A stretch of DNA of 54,305 nt, filler included, from Sluysia triapertura (lineage: Eukaryota), in the NCBI GenBank assembly GCA_046118255.1. It is 4 parts of 4 records of this genome, joined end to end, with 100 filler letters (N's around TTAATTAATTAA, not from the genome) between each part and the next. Parts side by side here need not be neighbours in the genome. Positions count along the whole stretch, not along the records: positions 15,923 to 29,355 come from JBJNIA010039914.1; positions 29,456 to 40,399 come from JBJNIA010191140.1; 2 more parts are not named here. One strand, written 5' to 3'. Positions 24,599 to 38,484 of the stretch are shown in pieces. Below the pieces are notes generated by a model. It searched no databases and was not told the origin of the DNA. It saw only the letters and a list, made by a program, of their open reading frames with translations. Position 1 is the first letter of the stretch; each line of letters starts with the position of its first letter. The translations under genes and the position numbers were made by a program.

Positions 24599-25850
24599 TT
24601 GGACTCAAATGATGAATTAAAAGGACTTGCAGATCATCTATCCGACCTCGCAGGAATTACAGAAGATACTATAAATATCGTAGGAATAATGAAGGCTCAT
24701 TGTGAATTTGGTCAAAATAAATTTGATATTAAACTAAAAGTGACGCAAAATTGTCCAGAGGATATGGTTATATTCTGTCAAAATTTAAGGGAATAGTATT
24801 AGATTTTTATAAAGCAAAACGTAAATTTTATAAAGATCGTGACAATCTCCGGAAAAGTCGAAGACCTTAAGCAAATTATAAAAAACCAACGAGAAGATAA
24901 AGAAACTTCTTATTTATTAGAAGCGCTGGCTAAGGGAACATTAAATGAGAATCAATCCGAACGGTTAGCAATTACAGATGGAGTGTTAAGATTTAAAAAC
25001 GCTGAATATGAATGGAAGACTTTTGCCTCTTAATAATTAATCACACTAATTCTAATTCAATTCCATGATAGACAATTAGGAGGACATCTATCAACAAGAA
25101 AAACAATTTCCAGAATTAAAAATAAATATTACTTGGAAAACATAGAAGAAGATGTTAAAAAATGGTGTAAAGAATGTGAAATTTGTTCTCGCAAAAAAAA
25201 TGCAATGTTCGTGCCATTGTCATCCATGGAGTTTACGGCAATGAACATAATAGGTCCACAACCGAAAACCATTAAAATGGCCCGAAGCGTATCAAAAGGC
25301 AGAGACGGTAGTCCAAATGCTTGAAAATAATTCACAGATACGGTACACCAAGGAATGAGGTAATTAAGTCCGTTGCGAGAATCTTCGATATATTACGAAT
25401 TTATATGTCGCCCTATCATTCTCAAACAGACGGATTGATTGAACTTTAATAAATATGTAGCAATCGTACTTTAATGATAGACTAAATGATTGGGATTTAT
25501 ACACATGCCTCCTGCATCACAATATTTAGAAGTTGTTGAATATGTAACAGACATGGGAGAGAATTTACAAGATGCCTGGAGAAGAGCAAGTTTACAAATA
25601 AAGTACTCTCAAGAAGCCTATAAGGATGTGTTCGAGAAAATGAGATAAAATTGGAGATAAAATATTAGTTGATTATCCATAATCTAAACCAGGACACTCC
25701 GAAATTACACAAACCATTTAAAGGTCCATACGAAGTAATAAAAACTACATCGACTAACTTATTCATCAAAGACCCTAACAAAATCATCGCTGAAACATTT
25801 GGGTGCACTATAACCGATTAAATTGCACCAAAAGAGGAGTATACTTGAGA
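24599..25850 (+). mobile_element. Second copy of the 1755-4370 gypsy family, with RT/RNase H deleted
   Basis: Protease end INIVGIMKAHCEFGQNKFDIKLKV matches INMVGIMKAICEVGQNKLEIKLRV. It is joined directly to QREDKE...AITDGVLRFKN, FHD..LGGHL, W.KEC..C, PLSSMEFTAM, and the integrase C-terminus (PYH.QTDGL; PFKGPYEV). Confidence 0.9.
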
Positions 25851-27699
25851 AATAGGAAAGTTGAAAAGAAAACTTTAAAAGTTAAACCGAACCGCCATAT
25901 TATTCAGAAACAAGTAGTAACGATGATAAACTCCTAGCTAAATTTTCAAAATCATATATTTCAAAATGAAAGATTGATCTACCGCGTCAGTGGCTTTCTA
26001 AATATATGGGGATTAAGTTTAATAAATGAATCAAATACCGCAGTATTCAAGGTTAATAAAATGCCTCTAAAAATTAATGGGATGTTAGTGTGTAGTAAAA
26101 CAAATTTAGGAGAATGCGTAGTAGTGCTGATAAATGTATGATCAGATGTCATTAGAAATTTCGACGATATTAGTTTCACAAATCATCGTTCCCCATGTTG
26201 GAGATGAACTGCAAATACCTATTTCAAATCCGGCACACCAACCCCTATAAGCAACAACTAATGTATCAATTCTGGAACTATCTAGTCTTCAGGAAATAAA
26301 TTCCGCGTTCGAAACTTCTAGTGTATCAGTAACGTCGACCGATGAAAACTCACATTCATCAGGATTAGGTTCAGAACATAACAATGTGATAATGTATATG
26401 AACACCACAAAAATATATCAATACAAGGATCTTTTATAGAATATAGAATATAAGGAAGAAATTCTAAATATGAATATATTTATTATAATGGAAGAAAACA
26501 AGTGGTAAGAATTTACTAACATTTATAATATGGATTAGAAAATAGAATTTATTTCAAAGAAATTTATTTAAGACAGACTTTAGAGGTTTATTGTATTTAT
26601 TTGAATCCGTTAATCATTGGAAAACTATATCATATAGATAGCGTTCCACATTGTTTACATTATACCTATCGCCCTAAGTTAATAGGTTTCACTCTGGATA
26701 GTTCTGAAAATTCGCGAGCTGTACCAGAATTCATAAATCAAACTAAACAATGTAACGTGGCCCGGTTAAGTAATAAATCAAATTGCACAAGGGAACTTAA
26801 CGCAGATTCGCTGAAATATGTCTTAAATAGGCACTCACCGATTTGCGAAAAGGTAAAATAAACGAGTAAGTTTTTTCTTATGCTTCTAGTAATCACAGTT
26901 GCTTATGTAACAGGAACTTTCGTATTCCTAGAACTAATAGGAACTCAATACCCATGGTAATTTCTGTAACACATTGTTACAAACAAGTTTATAAATCTGA
27001 GTATTTCGAATTTCACAATTTGGATACAGAAGTAAAAGTTAAATTATTATATTCGAGTCAAACTACTTGTCTTCAACCCGTGAGATTAAATTTTAGCACT
27101 TGGATCATTTCAGAATACCATATTGTTGAAATTGTAATAATAACTTTTAAATTGTTATGCAATTAAATGTGTGAGTTCCTTATGATCTTGGACTTACTCA
27201 CTCAAGGGCCAGTTCGTAAGTGTCAACTGAAGATAAAATTGGAAGAATTGAGATCAATTAGAAACCGATGCTAAATGGATGCTCGTAGACTACTAATGTT
27301 TTTTATTTCTGCTTTTAATGATTTTATATAGGATCCTATTATTTAAAAGGATATGTAAACAATGAAATTTTAATCTTTTATTATAATTTATGTAGTATTT
27401 TAAAGTTGTAAATGTTAATAGTAAGAATTGGGATAAGTGAAAACTTAATTACTTTATTAAAATTTAGTTTTTTATTAAAAAATCGAAAATTAAATTTATA
27501 TTTCGTTATGATGATTACAAGATACATGATTTATCAAAAAAATAACAATTTACACACAACAAAAAATTTATTCACGATATTATAACTAAAAATGTTAATT
27601 TTAATGAAATTTAATCTCTGTATGTCTTCCTGTGGACCATGTGTCACTATCAAAATAAACAAAAATAATTAAAATGTCTTCAATGTAATTACAATGAAA

Positions 27700-28095
27700 A
27701 ATTACTTTATTGTTGTTGAGAAGACCATCGTTGCATTGTAGAACAGTTGATTGTAGTCTTGCCAGTTTTAGTACTAACATCTGCAATTAAGTGAGCTATT
27801 CTATTTAGTGAGCATCTCGAACTGTTTGATCGACATAAAATTCTTCTAATGGAATTCTTCATTAATGGAATGTAGATATTTACACTTTTAGCCAAATCTT
27901 ATACATTTTTCATCCTTGATTGTTGCATACGGACAAAGAGCTGTTTTACAACGCATTCAAGCTTGCTGAATTAAAACCAATTCTACGATTGCAGAAATCG
28001 ACGATTTTTGATTCGTTAAACTTTAGATTTGTAAAAAATCTTCTGCCTCACATGTATTTCTTGATTCTGAAAAGTTTGTAGTGGCCAACTCCGTA
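27700..28095 (-). pseudogene. CCCH-finger family copy 2 (degenerate)
   Basis: Minus strand reads RCKTALCPYATIKDEKCIRFG*KCKYLHSINE (finger at 27870-27935), with a TIS11-like KT.LC lead-in. Confidence 0.65.
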
Positions 28096-29355
28096 ACTCA
28101 AAATTAAAAATAATTCACTAAAATAAAATTCACCACAATCACAACACTCACAACTACAATCTTAACATCTCACCAAACTACATCTCATAATAAATTAAAT
28201 CACATCTGAACATTGCCAACTCAATAAACTTTCACATCCATTTCAACAACTCAAAACACTCACTCACCAAACACCTTATCAAATCCACAACATTAATTCA
28301 TCAAACACTTCACTAACCAACTCACAACCATCACATAAACCCCAAAAAGCATAAACACAAGGATATACAAATCATACTTAAAACCATTTCAGAAACAAAG
28401 ACTATCACACCTAAAACAAGAAGCAATAATAACAATTAAAATCCACCTTACACAAGCATACTCACAATCTTTAATCATTTCAATAACAACATAACTCATA
28501 CAAAATTATTTCGCAATAATCATGCAAAAATCAAACCAACTCCAACCTCTGTAACAAACATTCTAGACTCAAATCTTTTTTAATAAACCTCCACTAAACT
28601 TATTCCACATTTCCATCCTTCTTTATCACGTTCAATCATACTTTTATTTCACCGTTCTAAATATGTAGAAAAACTAAGACAGAAAGAGAAGATCTTGTAT
28701 TTTAGGAAAAAGACAAAGAATTTATGTATTAAATCACAATAACTATTATCATCATTTTCTTGTTATTATTATTACTATTATTATTGTTAATTTGGCTATT
28801 ACTCTTTATTATATTATTATTATTTTCTTATCAGTGTTAATTATGTTATTATTATTTAAGCATTTATCATTATCATTATCATTCTTATTATTATGCATCA
28901 CCACGACTAGTGAGATGCGTCGATACTTTGATTATTACGTAACGATGACATAATAATCATTAATACAAAGGCAGATGGCAGCCACCTACGAAAAAACTAA
29001 TAAGTGCTAGAAGCTAAAAACAAATCAATAGCACAATGAATCAACAGAGGGATTATGTACAGAAACACCCAATCAGAGTTAAGTTATTACATACAAGTTA
29101 AAAATACTCTGATTGGGTAACCAATAAAAAAAAGAGAATTAAGAATAAAACATTAATTTTTTGGCAACCAAAAAAAGTAGCCATTTTATTTGAAACGTAA
29201 CAAGAATAGCAGACCTTACTATTGAAAAAGATTTAATTCAGTTATTTTTGGCATCCAAATTGGCAATAAAATAAAAGAGACAAATTAATCTGACAAATTA
29301 AGCAGACAAATTTTCATCGTCAGAACTATTATCTAGTATGAATTCTCAAGCAGAA

Positions 29356-29455
29356 NNNNNNNNNNNNNNNNNNNNNNNNNNNNNNNNNNNNNNNNNNNNT
29401 TAATTAATTAANNNNNNNNNNNNNNNNNNNNNNNNNNNNNNNNNNNNNNNNNNNN
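29356..29455. other. Artificial assembly gap/spacer
   Basis: 44 N + TTAATTAATTAA + 44 N. Confidence 0.98.
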
Positions 29456-29504
29456 TCACGCGAAATGTTTTATACGATTTAACTAAAATTTTTTAAAAAT
29501 TTTC

Positions 29505-29602
29505 TGCTGATACCGAAAAACCGGTATTTTGTAGCTGCGAATACCGGTATTACGAAATCGGAAAAAATCCGATATCCCGGGTTTCCGGTATTGGAAACCC
29601 TA
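29505..29602. mobile_element. hAT-like terminus with subterminal (A)CCGGTAT repeats
   Basis: Repeated ATACCG/CCGGTAT motifs ending in TTGGAAACCCTA (29591-29602), identical to 110-121. Confidence 0.65.
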
Positions 29603-32600
29603 TACATAATACTCTTTAATCAAATCTTTGTAATATATTATTGATTGTTTGACCTTGAAAATATTAGACAATGTTTTATTAATAATGCTTTATAATAATA
29701 ATGAATTATTATTAATAATTTGATAAACGAGAAATAGGAATGATGAACAGTAAATCGACCATCACTCTACTAATTCTAATGTTATTAATAATTTAAGCTG
29801 ATGTTAATATATCTGAAAGTATTGTAAATGACTAATACAAACATAAATATCTAAAAATACACTAATTTTATATGTATAATGATATTGATTTTATTCATCC
29901 ACAATCTAAAAATGGAATCTATAATCATTAATTTTATTGTTTATGAAATTTATTGATTTTACGTATATTAATAAAAAAGCTTTATTTAATTTGAGAAGAT
30001 TTATTTTATTTCGAAATATTTATTTTCGGGTTATTTTGTCTTAATTAATTTTTTTAACGTATATATCAAAGTAGTAAAATTTACTATAAATATAACAAAT
30101 ATTCACAAGATACCATACAACAATAATATACAAAAGCTGGTGATAAATCTAAAAAATTCGATAAAATCTGTATTCGTTAGTTTATTTTTATTTACGTTTT
30201 GCACTTTTCATGTACAGTCTGTAAACTACACTTAAAATCATTTGTTAAAGTTTTTAATAGAACTGTTTGGGCAAGAATAAATTTAAATTATATTAAGCGA
30301 GTGCATCAGTCTTTAATGCTTATGTTTAATGGAGTTTTATCTTCAAGGAAAACTATTATTATATTCTGAAAAATACTTTAAATATAATTAGATTTTACTT
30401 CGGTTTTAAATAAACCGTTTACAAAAATTTAGTATTTTACTTTGGTTCTTAAAATGAACCAGAAAATTAAACAAGATTATAGTTATTGTACTTAGGTTTC
30501 GCTTTATAAGACATCGAAAAATATTTAATTTTAAATCAATTACAAAAGTTAATCTTTATGTCTTTTATATCTTTTAATCTTAATATCTTCTTTTGTTTAA
30601 TTTATCTTAATTAAGAAAAACTTTATGCAGATGTAGTAAATAGATTATTTTTACAATAATATTCTTCAAATCTTTTTAGTTTATAAAGTTGTTTACTTAG
30701 GTACTTTGCTTAAATAGTAGATGGAAAAATTTTGTAAAAAGATTGAGTCTATTCTAAACATTCCTAAAACCTGTATAAAGTTAAACCAACGGTACGATAA
30801 AGGAAGATCCGGATTCTTTTCAATAGTTTTCCGTCAATGAATTAACTGAGTTGATTCTAACGTTTTAATGATTAATGATTAAAACGAAGTATTAATGATC
30901 AACGATTTAAATTTTTCTTGCGTGAAAAGTTTTATGAAATTCTTGTTTTATATATTACAAAAATAACCTTGAAGGTCAAAATTTAAACAAAATTTAGATA
31001 AATATTTGAATTTTTTGCATTTCCAATTATTAATTGACTTTGTATTTATTAAATGACTTCTTAATTCATTATTCTTTTAATTTATTATTTAATTTATTAT
31101 AACTTAAAATAATATGATTACTTAATTAAATAATTTCATTAATTCAAAATAAATTTATTAAATTTAACATTTTTTTATTGCAAAAATAAACTAAATCAAT
31201 AATTTATGTGCTTATAATTTTTCAGTAAAAACAAAGTGTGTTATTTACAGTATTTACATTTACACTATCATTTAAAATGTTCTTAGTAAAATCTTTTAAT
31301 AAAGATCAATTAACTATTTGGATTTACGGCAACGACCTTGATATATTTTATAAATTGTATTAAATTTTTCATTGTTATTTAATACATTTATTTAAATTTA
31401 AATATTATTTTAACACTGAATAAATAATACGATCCTATTTTAAAAGGATTATTCGCAACTTATATAGTTTTAATTTAATTAAGCTAATTTTTTCCAAAAA
31501 GCCGAATGTTCTCATCGGATATCGTAAATTATCTAGTTTATAGATCATATTTAAGAATGCTCTTTCGAAAAATTTGATCTGAAATAATTTAAACGAATTC
31601 TAAAAGATTTTATTTAATAATAACTCGACGATTTAAACTCGCTAAGATAAAAGTTTTTAAGAACTAGAATTTGTTAAAATTTTTTTAGTTTAATAAATTA
31701 TAAAAGTAAGATTGTATGCGTATCGCAACCATAGGCATTGCTAAAAATAACCTCCAGTAAATCATTTTTCTTTTAAAATCCAATGGTCTAGCCATAATCT
31801 GTAAGCCTAGATACGTTGATGAACTCACATACATACTTTGTACTGCAAGATTAAATAATCATTTTAATAATACTTAACAGTGTTACAAAAGTAATTTTTA
31901 AATTCTAATTTAACGCTATTAATCAAATGTAATACAAAATGTATGATGCACATTAAATTAAAATAATTAGTTTATAAAATAAAGTCATTTGTTATTTACA
32001 AAACAGTACAATACTTATATGATATTAATTCTCAAATTATTCGTGTTACTTATGGTTACAATATTGTTAATATTAATTCTCAAATTAATATTATTTCTCA
32101 AATTTTTATTTCAAAATTGAAATTTTTTTGTAAGTAAATTTTACAAAAAAATTGATGAAATTTAAGTCTAGTTTTTATTTTTATAAAAATTATTATCTTA
32201 ATAGATAAAAAACTAACGATTTAAATACAAAATTATAAATTATATTGATCCAAATTTTATGATAATATATGGTCTGCTTGGTCCAAATTAACAGATAAAT
32301 TATCCCGTCAGTAAAAATGATAAAAATAACAGCGTTTAATAATTGTATTTCTTCTTGTATCTAGTTTTTATAAATGCTATCTAGTATTTATCAAGTATGT
32401 GTTTCTGTAGACAAATGATATTATTGATATTAGTTATTTTATTACCATGACAATAATAATATTTTTTATTTTTAATGATGTTATTTTGTTAAATAATAAT
32501 AATAATATTGTTAAATAAAAACAATAATTAATTTATGACATTTTCAATTTATTTTGATTTTCAAACTTCTAATAATTACTTTATTTTAGTTTTTTAATTT

Positions 32601-34881
32601 TAAATATTTAGTTATGATCATTTTACATATAAATTATAATTACGATTAAATTATAATTAGCTATTTATTAAATTATATTATCATTTATTATTTCTTTGCA
32701 CTTCACGATAATAAATATAAGGAATAGATTTTCTGATTTGTAGTGACTTAAAATTCGAATTAGCAATTTTATTTGGTTTATGCGATTTAAAATAAATCGT
32801 GATTTTAGAAAGTCGGATGGTTCCGACCAACCACATATTGTTTTTTTGTTATTTTCAATGTCCATAATCATAGTAATGCATTTTCTAACAGAATGATTGG
32901 CTGCGAAAACTGTCATCTTCCTGCCAGATCTAAATCCTTTGCTTTTTTGCGTATACAATAATGGGCCTTCACCCACAAACCATACTTTTTGATGGCAAGA
33001 TTCTGTTCACGTACACTCTTCAGAAATTGATGTCTGCTTTCTATTAGAGGCTAATATGAATAACCGTGATCCATTAAGAGTGTGTATGTGTGTGTCATTT
33101 TTGATTTCTTTATAAAGATTATAAAACGTGAAAAATTATGTTTTATTTATGAATACACCATGTTTGAAATCTATTTCAAGAACAGATTCAAAAATAAAAT
33201 CGAGGTGTTTTAGAAAAAATTAATGTAGCTAAAATGGCATAGAATAAATTTTATCGTCGATTATTTTTAGCACATCTATTAATCGATCTATATGCGCATT
33301 TTATAAATCTTAAATTTAATCCTTTCTTTTATTTTAAATGTGAAATAATCATGACGAATTCAACTACTTGGTGCCAATATAAACATAATCCTTATATCAA
33401 GACTCTGAAAAATGAAATGTGTAAATGATCCTTCAATTTTTTCAAATGTGGCACCGAATAACAAATCAGATCAACTTCTGAAAAGTAGTTTGTCATGTAA
33501 TTCTTAATTGCACATATGGCACAAGTGCTATTATTGAATATGATCTACTTTATCTTGATTAATCGCTAAATGTGACTTTTTAAATCTACCGTATTTCTAA
33601 TCCGTCGGAAGAATTATTCGTTTTTTAATGTCCATACTTCTTACCACTTCTATCAGGAAGGTATAAGTTCAATACTTACATTAAATCTTGCATTATTTTA
33701 AAATTTTTAATATCTTATTTTTTTACTCTAAATTTATAATTCACTAAACAACTGTAACATATATGTTAATAACGTTCGATTTTTTATAAAATTTTAAACA
33801 CACACACACACACACAATTATTTATAATTACGTTTATTGCTAATTGTTTAAGTTTTCTTTAATCTAAATTATTAATTAAAATCAACACCAATAAGATAAT
33901 GAGTCATTGAATGATGAAATAAGTAAAACTAAGCGAATCAGAATACGAATTTCCCATTGATGAGATTCACAGGATATTAATTATAAATACAATACAAGTA
34001 ACTATTGCAGTTTACTAAAATTAGTATTGGAAATTTTTAATAAATTCTCAGAAGGTAGATATGATTATTTAGTCAACTGATTATTTTATTTTAACATACT
34101 TAAAATGATTTTTGGTGTTACGTTATTATTTTAATCCTTTTAAAAAGTTAAAAAAATTGATAATAATTTTAATAATACTTAAAAAAATAATTGTTTTTTT
34201 ATTATTCTTATAGTAAATAATTACAAATAATAACAATATTCTGCAGAAAAAAAGCTTTCTCATTAGCCTTTGGCTAAAGATCATTATTATAGAGACTGAT
34301 AAGAAAATTTTCATAATTGCAAATTTTCTGACGAAAAATTTAGTGAAAAGAGGTTTAGTGTGTATAGCAAACTTTGTGAGCTTCTTAATGAATTATGTTA
34401 ATTAAACTAGTTAGGCATCTTTATTAAGACTAAAATCGACTTAAAATCTTATGCCCTATAATTCAATATTCAAATCTTTAAAACAAATGAAACAAAAATA
34501 ATAAATCGAATAAAACACCCATTTTTATTCATAAAATCATGATATATATAACGTTTACCTAATAGGGCTGTTGCTAGTTCTCGACTATGGCGAGGCGATT
34601 GTCTAATAGTGATAATATTAACTTTGTTTGATGTGGATAACGATGGATAACGATGACATACACTCTAATAATATTAGTTTTATTATTAAACATTAATACA
34701 CCTTTATTAAAATTTAAATTAGAAAATTGAAAATTACTTATTATACACTTTATTGCGAAATTAAACTTAATTTTTTTTAAATTCAAAAAAATTGCAAAAG
34801 TAAACAGTACATCGATTTATTTTTACTACTTTTATGTATAAAGCATACATTTAAATATGGATAGTGTTCTTCACGAATATG

Positions 34882-35900
34882 TCAAAGTACATTTTGAATA
34901 ATAGATCTAAACAAATAAAAATATGAAAATTGACTTTTATCAAGATATATATAAATACATTCAAAAATTACTTCAAAATCTTTTCGAAAAACTGCATTAA
35001 TTGATATTGCTGTTAAGTTTGCAAAAATAGCCTTTATTCGCACATAGTGTTTATGGTGCTCTGTCGGATAGCTGGAAATATCTTGAATTTCGTTGAAACT
35101 GTGGGAAGATAGACAAACCTTGCCATATTTTGAGCATTCGCCAGAAGATGCGGTTTCGAATGGGCAGAGAGCCATATTATAGTGTTTGCTACCTTGAATA
35201 TGAATTGATGGACTTATGTAAAAAGATTTATTTCCGCCATAAAAGAATTTGAAATAGATAATTTTCAATACCTGATTTGACAAGTTCGTCCTATATGATG
35301 TAGCTTTATTTGTAATAACTAAAGAAACTAAATCTAATAATTCGTGAACCATTAGAAATACGTTAATGGATTTTTATCATTTATCTATCAAAGTCTTCAT
35401 CTTGCATTATTGACTTGCATTTCGAAGAACAAACATGATTCAAACTTAATAATTTAAGTTTATTGTCATTGGTACTAATCATGATGTATACATTAGCATG
35501 AAGTTTATGTATTCGTTTGATCTGGTACGATTATTTTGTATTTGGATTAATCTAACATAGATTTCATTAATCTTAAAATTGGAAAAATTTGTGACTTTCG
35601 GTAACGATATATGTGATTGATGAAACATAAAGGCTAAGACTAATTTTTTATTTGTGATTACTGGATAATTCTTGTGATCTTTAGAATATTGTAATAAGTC
35701 ACAACCATCTTCTCATATTCCATCTTTTATTTGAGCGCTAATGACAGGGTAAACAATATACTCACTTTTTAAATCATGTGTTTCAATTAGGTTGAATAAA
35801 GTATTTTTGAAATCATATTTAGCGGAGATATAATAAAGAAAATTAATTGTTTTTCGAATATCTAAATCGTTTAATATAAACATTGAAAATTTTCTCCTTA
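34882..35900 (-). pseudogene. CCCH-finger family copy 3 (finger intact; upstream coding-like region interrupted)
   Basis: ORF 34882-35352 contains PSIHIQG.....ALCPFETASSGECSKYGKVCLSSHSFNEIQ. A long upstream minus-strand frame (about 35480-35900) has a single TGA. Confidence 0.6.
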
Positions 35901-36309
35901 AATTTTATCTTTTAATTGTTGTGTTATTGTGAATAATGTTCTAACAAAATGGCATTTAAATGTTCATTCAATAATTTTTTATTGGTAGACCAATTAATAC
36001 ACAATAAATCTCTTTTTCTGTTTCATGAACTTACTTTTATTGAATCTCTTTCTCGACATAAATAAAGTTCTTTAAAATTGCTTTAATATATAAAAATAAA
36101 ATCTTTCAGCTTAATACCTTTAATAAAAGTTATTTTTAGTTCTTTTATTTGTTGATTATGTGGATACTTGGTTTCTTTCTTTAAATTCTTTTGAAATATA
36201 AGTTGTAATTCGTATTCCTTTTGGAGAGACTTTATTTGGTAATTACAAAGGTACGGATTGTGGAAAGAGCTGCTAAAACAATGTTTAATAATGGACCACA
36301 AAAATGTTA

Positions 36310-36830
36310 TTTTGATTGAATGTCTGAAGTGGTTTCAAAGTGTTAATTTAATATTTTTCGGTGTTAAATGTTAAGAATTGTAAACTTCAGATGTTTTGCA
36401 TGGCTTATAAAATGTATATTTGATAGTTTAAGATGTAAATTATAATTCTGAAGTTATGAAATTGTGGATTAAAATGTTTTGAATGATATTTAATGTGCAT
36501 TAATGGTTTTGAATATAGAAGTGATTTTAGTGTTGTAAAATTGTAAATTTAAAATGTTTTGAAATAAGAATAGTTTTCGTGGATCTAAGAAAATAAAATA
36601 TGAAAAAGGTTTTGATAGAAATATAGGTAAAATGTTATGGAATGTGCGATATGTTGAATTAAATTTAAAATGTTTTAAATTAATTTTTAAGTATATGTTT
36701 GATGGCTTTCGATGTCGAATATGATTTTGATGTTGTGAAATTTTATGTTTGAAATGTTTGAAGGTTGTGAAGAGTGATTTGTTATATTTTGTTACTATAA
36801 AATTTGAATTGAATTTGGTTTAGATTTTGA
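36310..36830 (-). repeat. Dispersed repeat family B (copy 2)
   Basis: GT-rich segment, inverted homolog of 7920-8290. Confidence 0.65.
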
Positions 36831-38284
36831 TAAATAGTTTATGTCGACTACATTTCAGCGAATTTCTGATGTTATGTATTTCGAATTGTGCCATTTATAC
36901 TCGGGATTCATATTTACATATTTAGCATAATTAACATCATTTGCAACTTGTGGTGATAGTCAGAAATTTGAGTTGGATGATGTATTTTCAGATACATCAT
37001 GCAGGTTATGTGTCTATTCATGTGGTTCGTAATATCCGTTAGGAGAATTGTAAAATTGCAGAAGAATTTTAAGACTAATTGATGATTTTTTCATGTTTTT
37101 ATACTACTTCTTATTATCAAATAGCAATTCGGACAGTTTCCTTGTGAGCATTTGATTTTGTCTCCATCAGTTTCGAAATGAAAATTTGACTTTCTTTCAT
37201 GACTGTCTAGATCTACGGGCTGAAGTTTAATTCGTATGTTGGCATATTTGGTCTTAAGTCTATTTGGTTAATAATTTCATTATTTTTCTTCTTCGCTTAT
37301 TTATTCCTGTACTATAGTTACTAGCTCGTTTGCCATTTTGTTGATTTTTTTTGAGAGTATGCTTTTGAAACAATATCAGTTTTTGATGCTGGGAATTCGA
37401 GAGAATGTTCTTCAAAATTTTCCATTATTTCTTTCTCAGAAACTTGTTAATGCAGTTTGCCTCTATGTGCTGTTTTGCTTAGTTTTTTTCATATTTTTAT
37501 TAATGTTTTACTGAAATTACTGAAATTTGAAAATGATAGTTTGCAATATGATCAGAATTTCTGCTTGTGGATAATTTTGCTTTGAATGTGTCCTATGGTG
37601 AAAGAATTATCGGAAATTTCTCTTGGTGGTTGCGATCTACATCTAAGTTCCTTACTTATACTACTTTCGTATTCCATATTTTATAATAAAAAACTTAAGA
37701 ATTTGAGTTTGATTAATTTTATTCTTATTTTACTAAAAAATAAATTATTATTCGCAATTTAGAATATTTGCCATAAGTGATTTTAAATAGGTGAATCACT
37801 TAGACAATATATCAAAGACACACCAATTTTATTAGTATTGTTAGAAAATTTTTATTTTGGTTTTTATATGTAAATAAAATTAAAGCCCAAATCTATCTCA
37901 TCTAGAGTATTGAACTCAAGTTTTTGCTAGTCGAATTCTAACACTTAATAAAATGTACTGGATGTTACTGTTCACTCGTCTCTGATATAAGAGGTGGAAA
38001 TGCAATTTTGTTTAATACTTTTAAAATTCAAATTTTCTCCCTTAACTCAAAAGTAACTAGACTGACTAAAAATTTATTTATTAAAATAACAAAACTTCTA
38101 ACAATATGCTTATTGAGCACACCAAAAATGTTTAACAATAGTTACCACAGGTAATTATGTTATATCACTATTATCGAGATTTTAAAATTAGAAATAATTA
38201 AACTGAATTTTATTCCGATATAAATAAAGCAATTAATGTTCCATGTAAGTGTTTAGTTAAATGTTATTTTAATTAACAAATTAT

Positions 38285-38484
38285 ACCTCTTCAAATCTCG
38301 TGAGTGAATAGCTTTCTTTTCGAATTAATTATTTGTATTTATACTTGATTGTTTTGATGATATTTCTCTTCGAATCTTCACGAGTGAATACTTTCAAATT
38401 AATTATCTTCGTAAACAAATACCAAATAATACCTTTTCAAATTAATTATGTGTATTTATACTTGATCCTTTTGATGATATTTCT
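38285..38484 (+). repeat. Degenerate local tandem duplication
   Basis: A 51-bp unit at 38317-38367 is repeated at 38434-38484 with 4 mismatches; CTCTTC.AATCT...GAGTGAATA is also duplicated. Confidence 0.85.

Noticed and set aside
32668-33075. Minus-strand ORF (REQNLAIKKYGFVGEGP...)
   Set aside because: Looks coding, but no motif was recognised and there is an upstream in-frame stop; a call cannot be supported.
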